From: Hormiphora californensis
Taxonomy: Eukaryota; Animalia; Ctenophora
Direction of reading: 5' to 3'
Length of the DNA stretch: 64,000 nucleotides
Assembly (NCBI GenBank): GCA_020137815.1
Contig: CM035361.1
Coordinates: forward strand, 6,510,001-6,574,000
Of this stretch, positions 1 to 13,444 are shown piece after piece (within the stretch, counting starts at the first letter, position 1; every line of letters starts with the position of its first letter). The notes below the pieces were generated by a model that ran no database searches, was not told the origin of the DNA, and saw nothing but the letters and a program-made list of their open reading frames with translations. Position numbers and translations under genes: made by a program.

Positions 1-3000
1 TATGGGTGACTTCAATTTTCAAGTTCAGGATGAGGAAAATTTCTATGCACGGAAGCTGCTAGAAATGTTGGATTCTTTCGATTTCATGCAGAATGTTCCA
101 GCAGAACCTACTCATGTTAGAGGAGGAACCCTGGATCTGGTCATTTGTCAACGGGATTTGGCTGGTAAGATGAGGAGGCTTAACATCTTTCCTGAAGGAA
201 CTTTGTCGGATCATTTCTTGGTAACAGTGGATGTGGGAACTTAATACCCCTGGAAAGGATTTCATTACTCGGAAAAGGATTAACATGTATCGTGACTTCA
301 AGTCTGTGGATGTGGAGGCTTTCAGGAGGGAGTTGCAAGGAGAGTGTCTTGAGGTTCCAGATGGTGCATCAGTGGAGGATACGCTTGGAATTTATGACAA
401 AGCACTGAATAGTGTCGTGGAACGCCTGGTCCAGATGAAGCGGCGAAAACCAATGAAGAACCGGAGACCTTGGAGGGATAGACAAGATGTGAGAGAAGCT
501 CTCAGAAAGAGGAGGCAAGCGGAGAGAGCTTGGGAGAAAAAACAAGACCGGTTTAAAACAAAGCACAGTACAAAGACCTCCAGAGGGAAATTTAACAAGA
601 GTGACAAAGAGGCAAGGATGGAGTTTTGTGAAGAAGAATCTAGAGGAGGTTAAGGATGACCCAGCGGCTCTCCAGAAGAGACTTGGGCATGTACTGGGGA
701 GGACGGAGACATCGTTACCAAGTGGACCTTCAGATAAGAAATTGGCGGATGAATTGCATCATTCTTTAGTGGAAAGATTGAAAAGATCAGGTCGGTTATC
801 CTTGAGGAACAGGAGAGGAATCCGGATGAGGAACCCGTGTCATCGGCGGTACATGGAGGATGTACGCTTAATCAGTTTGAGGAAATCTCGGTTGGTGGGC
901 TGATCCAGATGGTGAAGGAACTTTCCAGTAAGACGTGTGATTTAGACCCTATCCCTACTTGGCTGGTGAAGGACTGTCTCGAGGAGTTAGCGCCAATCCT
1001 AACGGAAATTGTAAACAAATCACTGAAGCGGGCATGTGTTCCTGATGCTCTACAGGGAGCACTGGTTATGCCTACTATCAAGAACCCGAACGGTGATAAG
1101 GACCTGCTGTCGAATTACAGACCGGTATCGAACATAGCGTTCGTTTCAAAGCTACTGGAAAAGGTTGTCCTCACTCAGTTGAATGGATACCTATGGAAAA
1201 ATGATCTACTTAACCCCAACCAATCGGGATATAGAGTTGGGCACAGCTGTGAGACTCTTCTTGCGGGTATGTTTGATGACCTTCTAAAGGATTTGGACTC
1301 TGGAAAAGTTGCTGCACTCATGCTTCTTGACATGAGCGCGGCATTCGACACGGTGGACCATCAGGCGCTAATTGGAGTATTAGAGAGGAGATTTGGTGTG
1401 ACTGGATTGGCGTTGGACTGGTTTAGGAGTTACCTAGGATCGAGGAATTTTCAAGTGAACATACGAGGAGAACTTTCAGCGCTATTGCCCTTATCTGTGG
1501 GGTTCCACAAGGATCTCTGTTGGGACCGGTTCTTTTCTACTTTACATTGAGGAATTACAGGATATTGCCCGGCCATACGGTTTGAGCATCAAGCTCTATG
1601 CTGATGACTCTCAACTGTATGTTAGCCTGATACCGACTGATGCGGATGGATGGAATGTAACGAAGCAGGCAGTGGGAGGAGTGCCTTGGTAACATGAAGA
1701 AGTGGATGGTCTCTAACTGGCTAAAGTGTAATGAAGACAAGACAGAGTTTGTCCTCCTTGGGAAATCTAGCTCTTTGGAAAAGCTCAATTTTGATCCGGT
1801 AATAAACTTTGGGGGTACGTCATTAGTACCAATGAAATGCCAAGGACAGACTGGAAAAACACTAGGAGTACTACTTGATGATCACCTTACGTTGGAGCGT
1901 CAGGTAAATAATGTGAAACGACAATGTGGACTGATGCTGAAGAACCTCTGGCAAGTTAACAAGTGCCTAGACAAGAGTACTAAGATCCTTCTTGTAAAGC
2001 AGTTGGTGATATCAAAGATTGACTATTGTAATATCTTGTACTATGGACTGCCACAACGAATCCTTCAGAATCTACAGAAGACTCTGAACTCCTGTATACG
2101 GTTTGTCTTTAATCTGAATGGTCATCAAGATGATTACATGGAGTATTTCAGAGAGGCTCACATTCTTCCGATACAGCAGAGATTAACTTTTAAGGCATGC
2201 CTGCTGGCTTACAAGATTGTTCGAGGAACTGCCCCTAGGTACTTGTTGGATCTGGTACCTAGGGATGAGGAATATGGATCACTGAGGATGACGAGGGCTA
2301 CAACTGTTCCAGACTTTTTCCGGCTAAAATATCCCAAACTGTCAAGTATCAATGCAAACTCGAAGTTGCGTCGAAGAAGACTTTCGGTGTTTCTTCCTGA
2401 CGTATGGAATGATCTCCCCCTTGAGCTCAGATCAGTTCATCCTGTTGATCTGTTTAAGACAAGACTAAAGACAAGGTTATTTCAGGAGGCATTCGGATCT
2501 GCTTCAGAGTTGTAATTGGAGGTGTCCTCTCCTTCCCCTTTCCCGTGTCGAGCAGACAATTCTAGCATAGCAATTCCTTACTTTCTCCCTTCCTAGGGCT
2601 ATTATAGCAGGGGGGCTGCTGATGCAGTTGAGCTGACTTTTGTTTGTAGCATGAGGGCTGCTGGCTCTGTTTCTTTATCCCGATTTATAGTCTGTTATTT
2701 AATTGCAGCTAACAAGTTGTTTTCCAGAAGTTTATGTGTCCCGTTTTTCCTTAGGCTTTTTTCCATTTTTGGAGTATATAATCCAGGAAGCGACCGAATA
2801 TTCGGTTCGGTTCGGTTCGGTTCGGAAATTCGGTGTTTTTGGGGCGGTTCGGTTCGGTTCGGTTCGGTAGGAAATTTTGGCCGAACCACCGAATTTTTTG
2901 GTCAAAAAATGCCCAGAAATCGGGGTTTTTCATGCAAAATTTTTCAATTATTTCACGAAAATTGTATGATTTCAATGTCAATTTCGCCGTATTAACCCTA

Positions 3001-4297
3001 TTTCGAATCGGTGGTGCTATGTGGAAATGATTTCACTAGTTAGCGGGTTCGATATGGATTGATTTGATACCTGACTTCCCGTCGAATCGTGTCCTCATGA
3101 GAGGGTCAACAAATTCAGAAAATTTTTTTTCAAAAAAGTCATGGAGAGCACCGATCAAGGTATTGAGAATCATTCTCTGAAAATTTGTTAAAAAATGTTT
3201 GAAAAAATTTCAAAGTCAATTTTGTGAAAAAATTTTCAAAGTCAATTTTATGGAAAATTTTCTATGTCAATTTTTGCGTACGAATCGTGTTTCGAATCGG
3301 TATTGCTAAGCGGGAGTGATGTTGCTAATTAGTGGGTCCGAGATGGATTATGCTGATACGTGATCCCCCATCAAATCTAATTAGGAAGTTTAGGGGAAAC
3401 GATTCATGTTTCAATAAATCCTGCTAATTAGCGAGAGCACTGCCGCATAGCATCACCGATTCGCAACACGATTCGTACGGCAAAATTGACATAGAATTTT
3501 TTTTCCGAACTTGACTTTGAAATATTTTACAAAGTTTTTTCACAAAATTAATGTTTCTCTAAAAATTCATGGAGAGCATCGATCAAGGTATTGAGAATCA
3601 ATACCTGAAATTTTGTGAAATTTTTTTTGTGAAAAATATTTTAAGTAAATTATGATATACGAATCGTGTTTCTAATCGACAATGCTAAACGGGAGTGATG
3701 TTGGTAATTAGTGGGTCCGAGATGGATTGTGCTGATACGTGATCCCCCATCAAATCTAATTAGGAAATTTAGAGAGACACGATTCATGGTTCGTTTAATC
3801 CTGCTAATTAGCAATACCATTCCCGTATAGCATTGCCGATTCGAAACACGATTCGTACGCAAAAATTGACATAGAAAATTTACGATAAAATTGACTTTGA
3901 AAATTTTTTCACAAAATTGACTTTGAAATTTTTTCAAACATTTTTTAACAAATTTTCAGAGAATGATTCTCAATACCTTGATCGGTGCTCTCCATGACTT
4001 TTTAGAGAAACATTTATACAGAAAAAGTTTTGTATGGTTCGGTTCGGTTCATTTACCGAAATTCGGTTCGGTTCGGTTCGGTTCGGTTCGGTAAAAAGTT
4101 TTTCAAATTCGGTTCGGTTCGGTTCGGTGAAAAAAAACCCGGTTCGGTCGTTTCCTGATATAATCAGTAGATGTGTCTTTTTTGTTCTAAGTGAGTCAGG
4201 ATATTAACAATCTTGGTGTACCGCTCTGAATCTGGGCAGTGTTGGACTCATGTCAATGATCCAGCCCTGTCTGGACTGAGCGGTATACTAAAAACCC

Positions 4298-4328
<31 letters not shown>
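1..4328 (+). mobile_element. Non-LTR retrotransposon (L2-type LINE), 5' end outside window; frameshifted ORF2 (end of APE endonuclease + reverse transcriptase), 3' UTR interrupted by a DNA element, (ATT)n tail
   Basis: ORF pieces 2-244 (GDFN..PTHVRGGTLDLV..SDH, endonuclease end), 837-1550 (NYRPVSN..SKLLEK..NQSGYR..LLDMSAAFDTVDH), TATGCTGATGAC = YADD at ~1597-1608, and 1694-2515 (KTEF..DYCNILYYGLP..HILPIQQR..WNDLP..FKTRLKT, an L2-clade-like C-terminus). UTR resumes after 4165 and ends in (ATT)n at ~4300-4328. Frameshifts may be real or assembly errors. Confidence 0.92.
2784..4157. mobile_element. Non-autonomous hAT-type DNA transposon (1374 bp) inserted in the LINE 3' UTR
   Basis: Termini CAGGAAGCGACCGAA / TTCGGTCGTTTCCTG (15-bp TIR, 1 mismatch). 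Exact 8-bp TSD ATATAATC at 2776-2783 and 4158-4165. Subterminal (TTCGG)n arrays at both ends, long internal inverted repeats (~3137-3400 vs ~3690-4000), no transposase. Confidence 0.9.
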
Positions 4329-4329
<1 letters not shown>

Positions 4330-4408
4330 ATATACGTATCTATAAATTAATTATTAAATGTATTTAATTCGTTAAATTATTATCTAATTATTGTCTCTCC
4401 CTCACAGC

Positions 4409-7400
4409 CTACTGCTCTAAGCGTGATAAAAGTTATTACAGCAAGTACCCTGTCAGTCATACCTCCCCCGAATCGTAAGTACTGTACTTACTGTAACAGT
4501 CGGACCCCGATTTATCGGGCCCCGAATCGTAAGTTACAACATTATTTAGTTCTAAGATTGTTCCTTACTTAGTTGGGGCCCATGAAGGGAATATATAATC
4601 AGTTGTCAGAACAAAATAGCTTTTCATATTATGTTCTCTTAATTTAATTTAATATGTTCTCACTTCTCTAATACCTTAACTTGAAATTAATCCACGTTTA
4701 GGTTTGGGATATCGTTGTCTGCAGGGGATTTGATCTACGTTTTCGGTTCAGTTAACTTCCTCCATAACTTCTAGTTCCTCGGAGTTTTCTATTCTGTGTC
4801 AGTATCACACAGCCCTCTTCTAAGGGTACGTGTACATAATGGATGAATGAATTAAATTAATTAACGAAACAATGTAATGAGGGTATGGTTTAACAGCTCA
4901 TCCACGGCACAATTGTTATAATACCAATCATCAGGTGTCTGTCTCGGCGAGCGAGTTCACAATTCAAAAGTACCAATCATCCCTCCTCAGGTGTCTGTCT
5001 CGGCGAGCGAGTTCACAATTCAGAAGTACCATGAGAGCTGCAACGGGACAACAGACGGGGACCCTCTCAAGTTTGAATTTGATGCGGCAGGAGTTGCGGA
5101 GCTGCTCATTGTTCCAACGGAGCGAAGTTTCATTATTTGGACCAAGAAAAGCTCAAAAAGGAACAACCAAGCTTATCCGTATACCGTGAAGACGGAGAAT
5201 GCTGAGACGGGTGCTGTTGTAAGTATACTAGGAACCGACCGAAACAGGAAATACTGGTCCTTGATTGGCTGATAACCAGTCACGTGACCTAAATAACGAG
5301 TTCTGATTGGTTGTTTACTTGTTTCGGTCGGTTCCTGGTAAGTATAGATGGATACTAGAAGTTTCGTGAATAGTGTGTGTGTAGTACAACCTATAATAGT
5401 CTCTTCTATAACTGTGAACTATCTTACCAGAAAGCAGATTCTTGTAATTGGGAGTCTAACTGCATTCCTAATTCCCTACTAATTAATTACTAACTAATTA
5501 CTAATTAATTATTAACTAATTACTAATTGATTAACTCTACTCAGACGTACCACAAGGACAGTAAAAAGATTTATGGGTTACAAGGATACGCAATATCTGG
5601 AAAAGACCAACAGTTTGCTGTGGTAGGAACAGTTATTTGTCCCACAGAACGGGGCCAGAAGTTCATGGAGGCGTCAACTGGGGCAGTTTATACTAAAACT
5701 GATCAAGCAATAATAGGTGAGAGAAAGTGCACCAAAACCTATAGTGCTCCAAATTGGATTTGGGTAAAACTTTACTAGAATCAGTGAATAGCGACCTGTG
5801 TATAATTGATTACTGCCTACTTAGTAACACGTTTAATTAACAACTACCTACTATATAACTACTAATTATCTAATTAACTACTAATTATCTATTTAACAAC
5901 TACCTACTAATTAACTACTATATAATTATCCAGGAGTGCCAATGATCCAGTGGATTAATGATTGGGGTGTGATTTGCAACCAGGGTTGGGACAGCACCGA
6001 TGCAACGATTTACTGTAAAACGTACCCTGACTATGGATATGGTGGCGTGGATATCGCATCGCTTAGTGTGGTAGGTGTTTTGACAGCTGTCTAACCTCCC
6101 ATGACCCCTTCCTAGCATGGGTTAGGGATAATCTTCCCTTTTAATGTGAATTGCTAACTTTTCTCGCTTTTTGAACCTGAACGTTTGTGAGGTCGCACAA
6201 TCATGTCACTGGAGCTGAGTTTTAACAGATATGTGGTTGGCAAGGACCGAATCAGGAAATACTGGTCCCTGATTGGCTGATAACCAGTCACGTGACCTAA
6301 ATAACGAGTTCTGATTGGTTGTTGTAACAATATGTCTCTCAGGATGTGATCGACAAGGAATCAGTGTGGTTATCTGAGGTGGCCTGCAGTGCCCTGGACA
6401 AGAGCATTTACAATTGTCCCAATAGCGGCTGGGATACAGTGGATGGGACGTGCAGTAAACGGAGCTATGCGGGTAGTGCAGTGTTTCGGATCAGGTATGT
6501 ACCATTACGTTACCATGGTTACCGTAGTTGGTTACCATGGTTACCATAGTTGTTACCATGGTTGTTACCATGCATGAGGTTTGACTGTGCTTAATTATCC
6601 ATGATAACTAACTTAACTGTTTCCTATGTCGTAAAAACCACCGTTTTTTAAATTCTAACTTGTTGCGTAGGTTACCAAGATTGTCACCATGATAACCCCC
6701 CCCCCCATAGGTTACCAAGATTTGCAGTTAGAATTCTAACGTGTTACCTAGGTTACCAAGATGTCGCCCCCCCCCCCCCCCATAGGTTACCAAGATCTCC
6801 AGTTAGAATTCTAACTTGTTGCCTAGGTTACCAAGATTGTCACCATGATACCCCCCCCCCCCATAGGTTACCAAGATCTCCAGTTAGAATTCTAACTTGT
6901 TGCCTAGGTTACCAAGATTGTCACCATGATAACCCCCCCCCCTTAGGTTACCAGGATCTCCAGTTAGAAATACTGGTCCCTGATTGGCTGATAACCAGTC
7001 ACGTGACCTAAATAATGAGTTCTGATTGGTTGTTTACTTGTAATACCGTTTTTGCCTACTAGGTTACCAAGATTTGCAGTTAGAAGGTGATTTCAACTAC
7101 GATTACAATGTCGTACCGGAGGGAATTTTGAAGATCAAGTTCAACGATCAGTGGGGTACCGTGTGTTCTACTTCTGCATGGGACAGGTAAATTAGCGCAT
7201 GGTTACTACTATGTACTGTTACCATGGTTACCAAGGTTACTGTTACCATGGTTACCAAGGTTACCATGGTACCGTGTGTTCTACCTCTACATGGGACAGG
7301 TAAATTAGCACATGGTTACTACTGGTTACCATGCATGGTTAACCTCAAAATTTGTGATATCTCCTACTTTTTGACACGTACACTACACGTTAACATGGGA

Positions 7401-10077
7401 TATGTGTGCACGAGATGACAACTTCAAACAATCAGACTTTAATCTCCAACCACTCTACAGAAATACAGCTTCATCTGTGTGTTACCATGGTTACCAAGGT
7501 TACCATATAATCTCCACCCTCCCTACAGAAATACAGCTTCATCAGTGTGTTTCCAACTTGGCATGGGATACGGTGAAAGTAAGCTGATAAATGGCACTGG
7601 CAACCTGAACTACACATACACCCATCCTACTGATGCCACCCTTAACAGAGCCATGGTCTGGTTGGACCATGGCCATGTGGACGACTTTGATAAACACACA
7701 GGTAGGATTTAGATTTTGTAAACTGAACACATACAGGTGAAAGTTGTGTTACGAATTGTATGTTCTTCGCTTTCCAGACATGTGATGTTTGCACTTATTA
7801 TGTTCTAAAGGGGGGGGGGGGGGGGGGGGCGTGGTGAAATAGGGTCGAGCACATATATATTGCAAACATTCATCTATCTTTAATGTTTCTTAAAAATCTA
7901 ACATGTTTTCAGAGTGGGCCCCCTACAAAACAATGGTGTTTGATACACACCATCTCATTGTTTTTGAGAACTCCAAATTCAAACTGAATACGAAACAAAA
8001 GTTCAACGATACGGCAGGGGCAAACGTAACCATATCCTTCGTGGATCAACTCAATCGAACTACGGCTGATGTTTCATTCACTGAGAAGGTACATACAATT
8101 AGATAGTTAATTAATTAGATAGTTAATTAATTAAACTAGTTAATTAGATAGTTAATTAATTAAACTAGTTAATTAGATAGTTAATTAATTAAACTAGCAA
8201 TTATATAATTAATTAATTAAACTAGCAATTAGATAGTTAATTAATTAATAATTAAACTAGCAATTAGATAGTTAATTAATTAAACTAGCAATTAGAAAGT
8301 TAACAATTTAAATGGGATATCCAATTTTACAAACAAACCACTTCAATCAATCAACGAAGTTGCATATCTTAATTAGTAAGTTACTAATTATTATTCACTG
8401 CAGGGTATGACAGTGTTTGATATAATTAGTAAGTTACTAATTATTATTCACTGCAGGGTATGACAGTGTTTGATAAGAGGACATCACAACTGTGTGGCAG
8501 CATACTATGGTCTGATGATTTTGAGAATGATGCTACTACTACTCAACTGACCATTGAGAAGGGTGGACAATGGCTCAACGTTTCACAGGTATTATGACAA
8601 CGACATGGTGTTGCAAACACTGTATTACAAGATTTATCAAGTTTTTAGTTTTCAAACCTTTTATGCCAACAACAATATGATTATTAATTATGTAGTAATT
8701 AATCACATGCAAGTTTAATAATTTTGGTATCCAACTCAGTTAATTAATGAGTTGATTAATGAGTTAATTAACCAGTTAATTAATGAGTTAATTAATGAGT
8801 TAATTAATGAGTTAATTAACCAGTTAATTAATGAGTAAATTAATCAGTTAATTAACCCCAACTCCACAGAACACGGTGACGAAGATTGCTGAGTTCAAGA
8901 TGGATAAAACATGCAGTCTGTACGGTTTGCAGTTTGGGATGTTGTTTAATAAGAGTCTGAATGTTATAACAAAGGAATATGCAACGCTAAGTAAGCAGCC
9001 AGTTTTATTTCAGTTATTCAATCACAAATAATAGTTACTGAGACTCAACACTAAGTGGCCAGTTTCAATTGATCAATATGAGTACAATTATAACTGAGAC
9101 GGTTACGGGTATAACAGACTATAACAGTTCGATCCCTATTTACCGGGCACTCCTTTCTTCCGGGCATGATCGAGGCATGCCCGGAGGAACCCGGGTCCCA
9201 CTGTAATCTCTAACTAAACCTCAATATATTGTTAATATACTTATCTAACCTCAATATATTTTACAGATAAGGTGACCCATATCATGGATTCTCGTTTCTC
9301 CAAGGGCCAATGGGGTCGCGGTCTGACTGCTAGTACACAATGTTACACCAACCAAACCGTCTATCTCAAATGTAAGACTTCATTTCCATAAATGGTGACC
9401 ATTATGACCTAATATGGTAACAAAGTGATTCCCCCTATTAGGTACACCACTGATACAATGCCTATATATGGTGCTAATCAATAATAAGCCCTTATGCCCA
9501 AATATGGTAATAATAAAATGATTCCCCGTATTAGGTACACCACTGATGCAATGCTGGAAATGTGAGGCTAATGATGAGAAGACGTGTTTTGAGAATGCCA
9601 ACATGAATGTAGAAACATGTAGTGAAAATACCTTGCAGTGCACTTACTTTAAGTACCAAGATGCCAATGGGGACATTAAAGTAACCCGGTAAGATCAAAT
9701 GAGAGTTGGAATTCCCAGATCTGTTTAGCACGATCAGGGTTTAGAAATTTCGGATTTAAATCACGATTTTATCGCCCAAAATCATTATATTCCTATTCAG
9801 TGGGTGTGGTAACAGTGAAAACAAAAAGAACCTGGACTCCTGCACCTACGCTAAAGAGGCCAACAACTGCGGATATGGAGGTCGTCTCTGTTTCTGTCGA
9901 GCTTGTTTCGGGTACCGGTGTAATGACTCACCCCTTTATAAAGCAGTGAGATATTCGATGGATGGGATAAGTGGGGTAACGACTGGGATGGCAGAACTAG
10001 TGGACGGACTGGGGAAGATTCTAAGGGCGGGGATGTTTGATTTCAACGTTATTGTTAATGCAACAAGTAGCAATTAA
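4409..10077 (+). CDS. Multi-exon gene (5' part upstream of window) for an extracellular protein with at least two SRCR domains and a C-terminal Ly6/uPAR(three-finger)-like Cys-rich domain; exon boundaries approximate
   Basis: GT-AG exons translate to SRCR motifs: ~5933-6064 WGVICNQGWDSTDATIYC; 6343-6494 VWLSEVACSALDKSIYNCPNSGWD; ~7063-7186 EGILKIKFNDQWGTVC..AWD; ~7530-7701 ASSVCFQLGMGYG. Last exons ~9534-9681 CWKCEANDEKTC..TCSENTLQC and 9801-10077 GCG..C..C..LCFCRACFGYRCN, ending in TAA at 10075-10077. Confidence 0.75.
5228..5338. mobile_element. ~110-bp MITE (CCAGGAACCGACCGAAAC termini), full copy at a splice donor
   Basis: C(T)AGGAACCGACCGAAACA ... TGTTTCGGTCGGTTCCTGG inverted ends; TAAGTATA duplicated at 5220-5227 and 5339-5346. 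Same core recurs at ~6243-6322, ~6968-7040, 11716-11812 (reverse) and 38414-38601. Termini resemble those of the 2784-4157 hAT element. Confidence 0.85.
6668..7085 (+). repeat. Intronic minisatellite made of ~9 copies of the downstream acceptor/exon start TAG|GTTACCAAGAT
   Basis: TAGGTTACCA(A/G)GAT recurs about every 35-40 bp from 6668 to 6960. The copy at ~7060 continues into the SRCR exon (YQDLQLEGDFNYD..). Confidence 0.85.
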
Positions 10078-10209
10078 ATTGGCGATGTTTGGAGGGACGT
10101 TGAACTATTGTGACAAGTGAAACAAGGTTGAACAAGTTTTAACATGACACTAAATATTTACCGAACAAAAACAGAGTTAAATATATATTTATTGTACTAA
10201 ACTCCTTAA

Positions 10210-12488
10210 TTAATTTATTATATAAACACCTGTGTGTTGATAGTTCGTTGACACTTTGTGTCTAGATGCAAGATGATCTGAAGACTTGCAGCAGACACAC
10301 AGGCACGCCCTTTTACTCTGCGCGCGCAAGTTTGACCGCGCTCCCACTAATGCTGACAGTCTGTTAAAACGGTGAGGCGCGTTACAAACATATGAGTTTT
10401 TGAACTCTGCTTCGCTCTGGACCACTTCTTCATGGCAGGTTCCATAAATCCATAGAGTGCAGGGAAGTGAGCGAGAAACATGAATAGTGTAGAAATATAT
10501 ACCGACTATTGGGTTCGGTGGAAATCAGGCAAACTAACTGAACAGCACCTCCGCAAACAAACAACATTTCACAATTGTAAAACTATTGTGACAAGTGAAA
10601 CAACATTTCACAATTGTGAAACAAAAGTTTTCCCACGGGCCACAGCTATTGAAATTTAGTAGTTCAATTATATATGCGATGTTCAATTGATTAATTCACC
10701 AAAATTTCACGTAAATATCTATACAGCAAACAAAGCAACATTGAACACTGAATAAACTAACACTGAATAAACTAACACACTTACAAACCAACAAACAGAC
10801 TTACAAACCAACAAACAGACTTACAAACCAACAAACAGACTTACAAACCAACAAACAGACTTACAAACCAACAAACAGACTTACAAACCTACAAACAAAC
10901 TTAAAAACCAACAAACAGACTTACAAACCAACAAACAGACTTACAAACCAACAGACTTACGTTAGGGCGGGAGCAGGATAACTTGAGGGTGCGCCACATT
11001 TATATTTCTGAACTTTTGTCCCACTCGTTATCGTGTCTTTTTCCACTACATCGTGTGTCACATTACCCAAATCTGTAATTGAGTTGTTTTGGGCTTGTTT
11101 TGGTGCTTCATATTTGCCATGTTTTATTTCTCTCTCAACTTGTAAAATAGGTAAAAGGAAACAAGTATAACGGAGGGGGCAGTTGTGAGACAGTGAGGGA
11201 AGACAGCTGTACCATCTTGAATCTTTAGCTAATAGAAATATCATAAAAAGAAAGAAAGAGATGGGTATAGAATGAAAGTAGAACACATGAAGAGATGAAG
11301 ATAGAGGAAGTGATAAAGAGAGGGTAAAGAGAGGAATAATACCACAAAAAGGGGGGGGCTGCAGAAAGTACAACAACACGGAGTGCTACTACTCAGTGTA
11401 ATATTTGTGTACCAGCAGTAAAATTTCGTGGGAAATAACTTGGCTCACTTTTTGGATGTAAAATCATAAAATGTTCCGATAACATTGTAAATACAGTCGG
11501 GCCCCGATTTACCGGTTCCCCGATTTACCGGGAGGGTAAACTTCCCCCGATATAGGAAATTTACGGTATTTCACCCCGATATACCGGGCACCCAGATTTA
11601 CCGGGAAAATCCTTTCCCCCGAGCATCCCGGTAAATCGGGGTCCGACTGTATACGTGCCCATACGGGCTCCGAAAAGTGAGCTAGATCAATCGTAGTGGT
11701 TTGTTATGATAAATACCAGGAACCGACCGACACAAGTAAACAACCAATCAGGACTCGTTATTTAGGTCACGTGCCTGGTTATCAGCCAATCAGGGACCAG
11801 TATTTCTTGATTCAGAACTCCATTATTAACTTACATAGCACTTCAAGTTTGGCAGGATCACTCCAGTAGGTGTCGCCAGTAAGCTTCTCGCTGGCCTGAC
11901 ACACGTATAGACCAGTATCGGTCACAACTGCCTGCTTTATCACCAACTTACTCCTCACTTCACCTGATAAAAACGGGGGTTAAAACAAGGAAAATCGGCA
12001 GAAATCCGTCATTTTGACATTTCCGGCAGAATTGAAAGCTTGTGCCACTGGGGAGGGGGGAACCAAGGGGGGGGGGGGAATAAACTATATTTTGGATAGA
12101 AAAGATAGACTTGGTGTGAAGGGGAGATCTGATATATATATTATGATGAAGTCACGGTTTATAACTTCCTTCTAAGTGCATGATGAGTAAAGAAGTAAAA
12201 TGGGAGAATTTGGTGGCATTAGGACAGACATAATTATTCTGCCACCAATTCGGCAATTAACAATTTTCCTGGAACGCCTCTGTCTCTCTTCCTCCCCATC
12301 TCTCTCTCGCTGAGGAAAAGAGAGAGAACGAGAGGGAGGAGGGAAGAGAGAGAGCGGAGAGGGGAGAAAGAAAGAGAAGGGAGAGAGGAGGGAGACGAGA
12401 GGGAGAAGAGAGAGAGAGAGAGGAGAGAGAGAGAAAGAGAGAGAAGGAGAGAGAGAGAGCGAGAAGAGAGAGAGAGAGCATAGAAGAG

Positions 12489-12520
<32 letters not shown>

Positions 12521-13133
12521 GATTAGAGGAGAGCGAGAGAGAAGACGCTGAGAGCGAGATCGAAGAGGAGAGCGAGAGAGAAAGAAGAGAGAGATAGAGA
12601 GAGAGTAGAGAGAGAGAGAGAGGAGAGAGAGAGGAAGAGAGAGAAGAGAGAGAGCAGAGAGACGAGCAGAGAGAAGCAGAGCGAAGAGAAAGAGAGAAGA
12701 AAACACCAGAGGAGAAAAAGCCAGAAAGAAAGATTAAGTAGATCCAACAGCATAAAGACCATAATAACAGAGAGAAAGGGAGAAAGAGAACGCGAGAAGA
12801 AGAGAGAGGTCGAGAGAGAGAGATAGAAGAGCAGATAGAGAGAGCAGAGATACTGCTCTCTCTATCTCTCTCTCTTCTCTTTCTATCGCTCTCTCGCTCG
12901 AGCATCTCTCTGCGCTCTATCTATGCGATGCTAATCTCTCTCTCTCTCTCACCTGCTATTCGTGTTGGTATCTGGGGTGGCTCTTCGAAGCTCTCAACTT
13001 TGGTTCGCAACCACGTGTACGATATTGAACTGTTCCCTTCTGCGTCGCATGCCAAGGTTACACTGTCACCCTGTTTCGCCTGAGTGAGAGTGGATTTTGA
13101 AGACCTGTTTTGCCTTAAGTACAATGTTTTATC
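10210..13133 (-). CDS. Multi-exon immunoglobulin-superfamily protein (I-set-like domain plus a second Ig-like segment); 5' exon not located, 3' end tentative
   Basis: Exon ~13133-12953 QAKQGDSVTLACDAEGNSSISYTWLR (B-strand Cys, C-strand Trp); exon ~11963-11835 SKLVIKQAVVTDTGLYVCQAS..SDPAKLEVL (DxGxYxC); exon ~11142-10961 YKCGAPSSYPAPALT followed by GTAAGT; possible last exon ending at TAA 10210. Confidence 0.7.
10780..10960 (-). repeat. 20-bp minisatellite (TTACAAACCAACAAACAGAC) reiterating a GTAAGT donor
   Basis: About 8-9 units. On the minus strand each unit begins GTAAGTCTG, and the array starts exactly at the donor of the Ig-gene exon ending at ~10961. Confidence 0.85.
11494..11649. mobile_element. 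Tc1/mariner(pogo)-type MITE, 156 bp
   Basis: TA-CAGTCGGGCCCCGATTTACCGG ... CCGGTAAATCGGGGTCCGACTG-TA: ~22-bp TIRs with TA target duplication. Degenerate or partial relatives at ~4497-4525, ~9124-9205, ~36490-36558, ~59198-59250. Confidence 0.88.
11716..11812 (-). mobile_element. Reverse-orientation truncated copy of the 110-bp CCAGGAACC MITE
   Basis: CCAGGAACCGACCGACACAAGTAAACAACCAATCAG..GGTCACGTG..CCAATCAGGGACCAGTATTTC is the reverse complement of the 5228-5338 element. Confidence 0.8.
12290..12950. repeat. Degenerate (GA)n then (CT)n microsatellite in an Ig-gene intron
   Basis: Purine-rich GA tract ~12310-12850 switches to a CT tract ending at an exon donor. A similar tract lies at ~51700-52000 and a (CT)n at ~56100-56220. 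Confidence 0.85.
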
Positions 13134-13444
13134 TAGAAGCTTTTAAAAGGTAGAAGGTACGGTTGATTAAAACCAGAGGGCGAGATAGGGAGGGAGGGAT
13201 TAAGAGAGGGAGAGAGAGAGATAGAGAGAGAGAGGTTAAAGGGAGGAGGCCTGCATCCCCTCGGCCATTTCTCTCTCTACACTCTATAGAGGGACATTAA
13301 ATACAAGTGATATACAGGGTGTCCCACTGTCTTTGCGATATAATGCATTCTTTCCTGTATCATGCAGCCCCCCCTGCATGCCAACATATTGACCATCATA
13401 ACCATTACATGTCAGGAGGAACTTGTATTATTAGTGTTGCCGAT

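Noticed and set aside
12234-12905. Ser/Leu-rich and Arg/Glu-rich ORFs (also 51654-52002, 56020-56474)
   Set aside because: Translations of GA/CT microsatellites.
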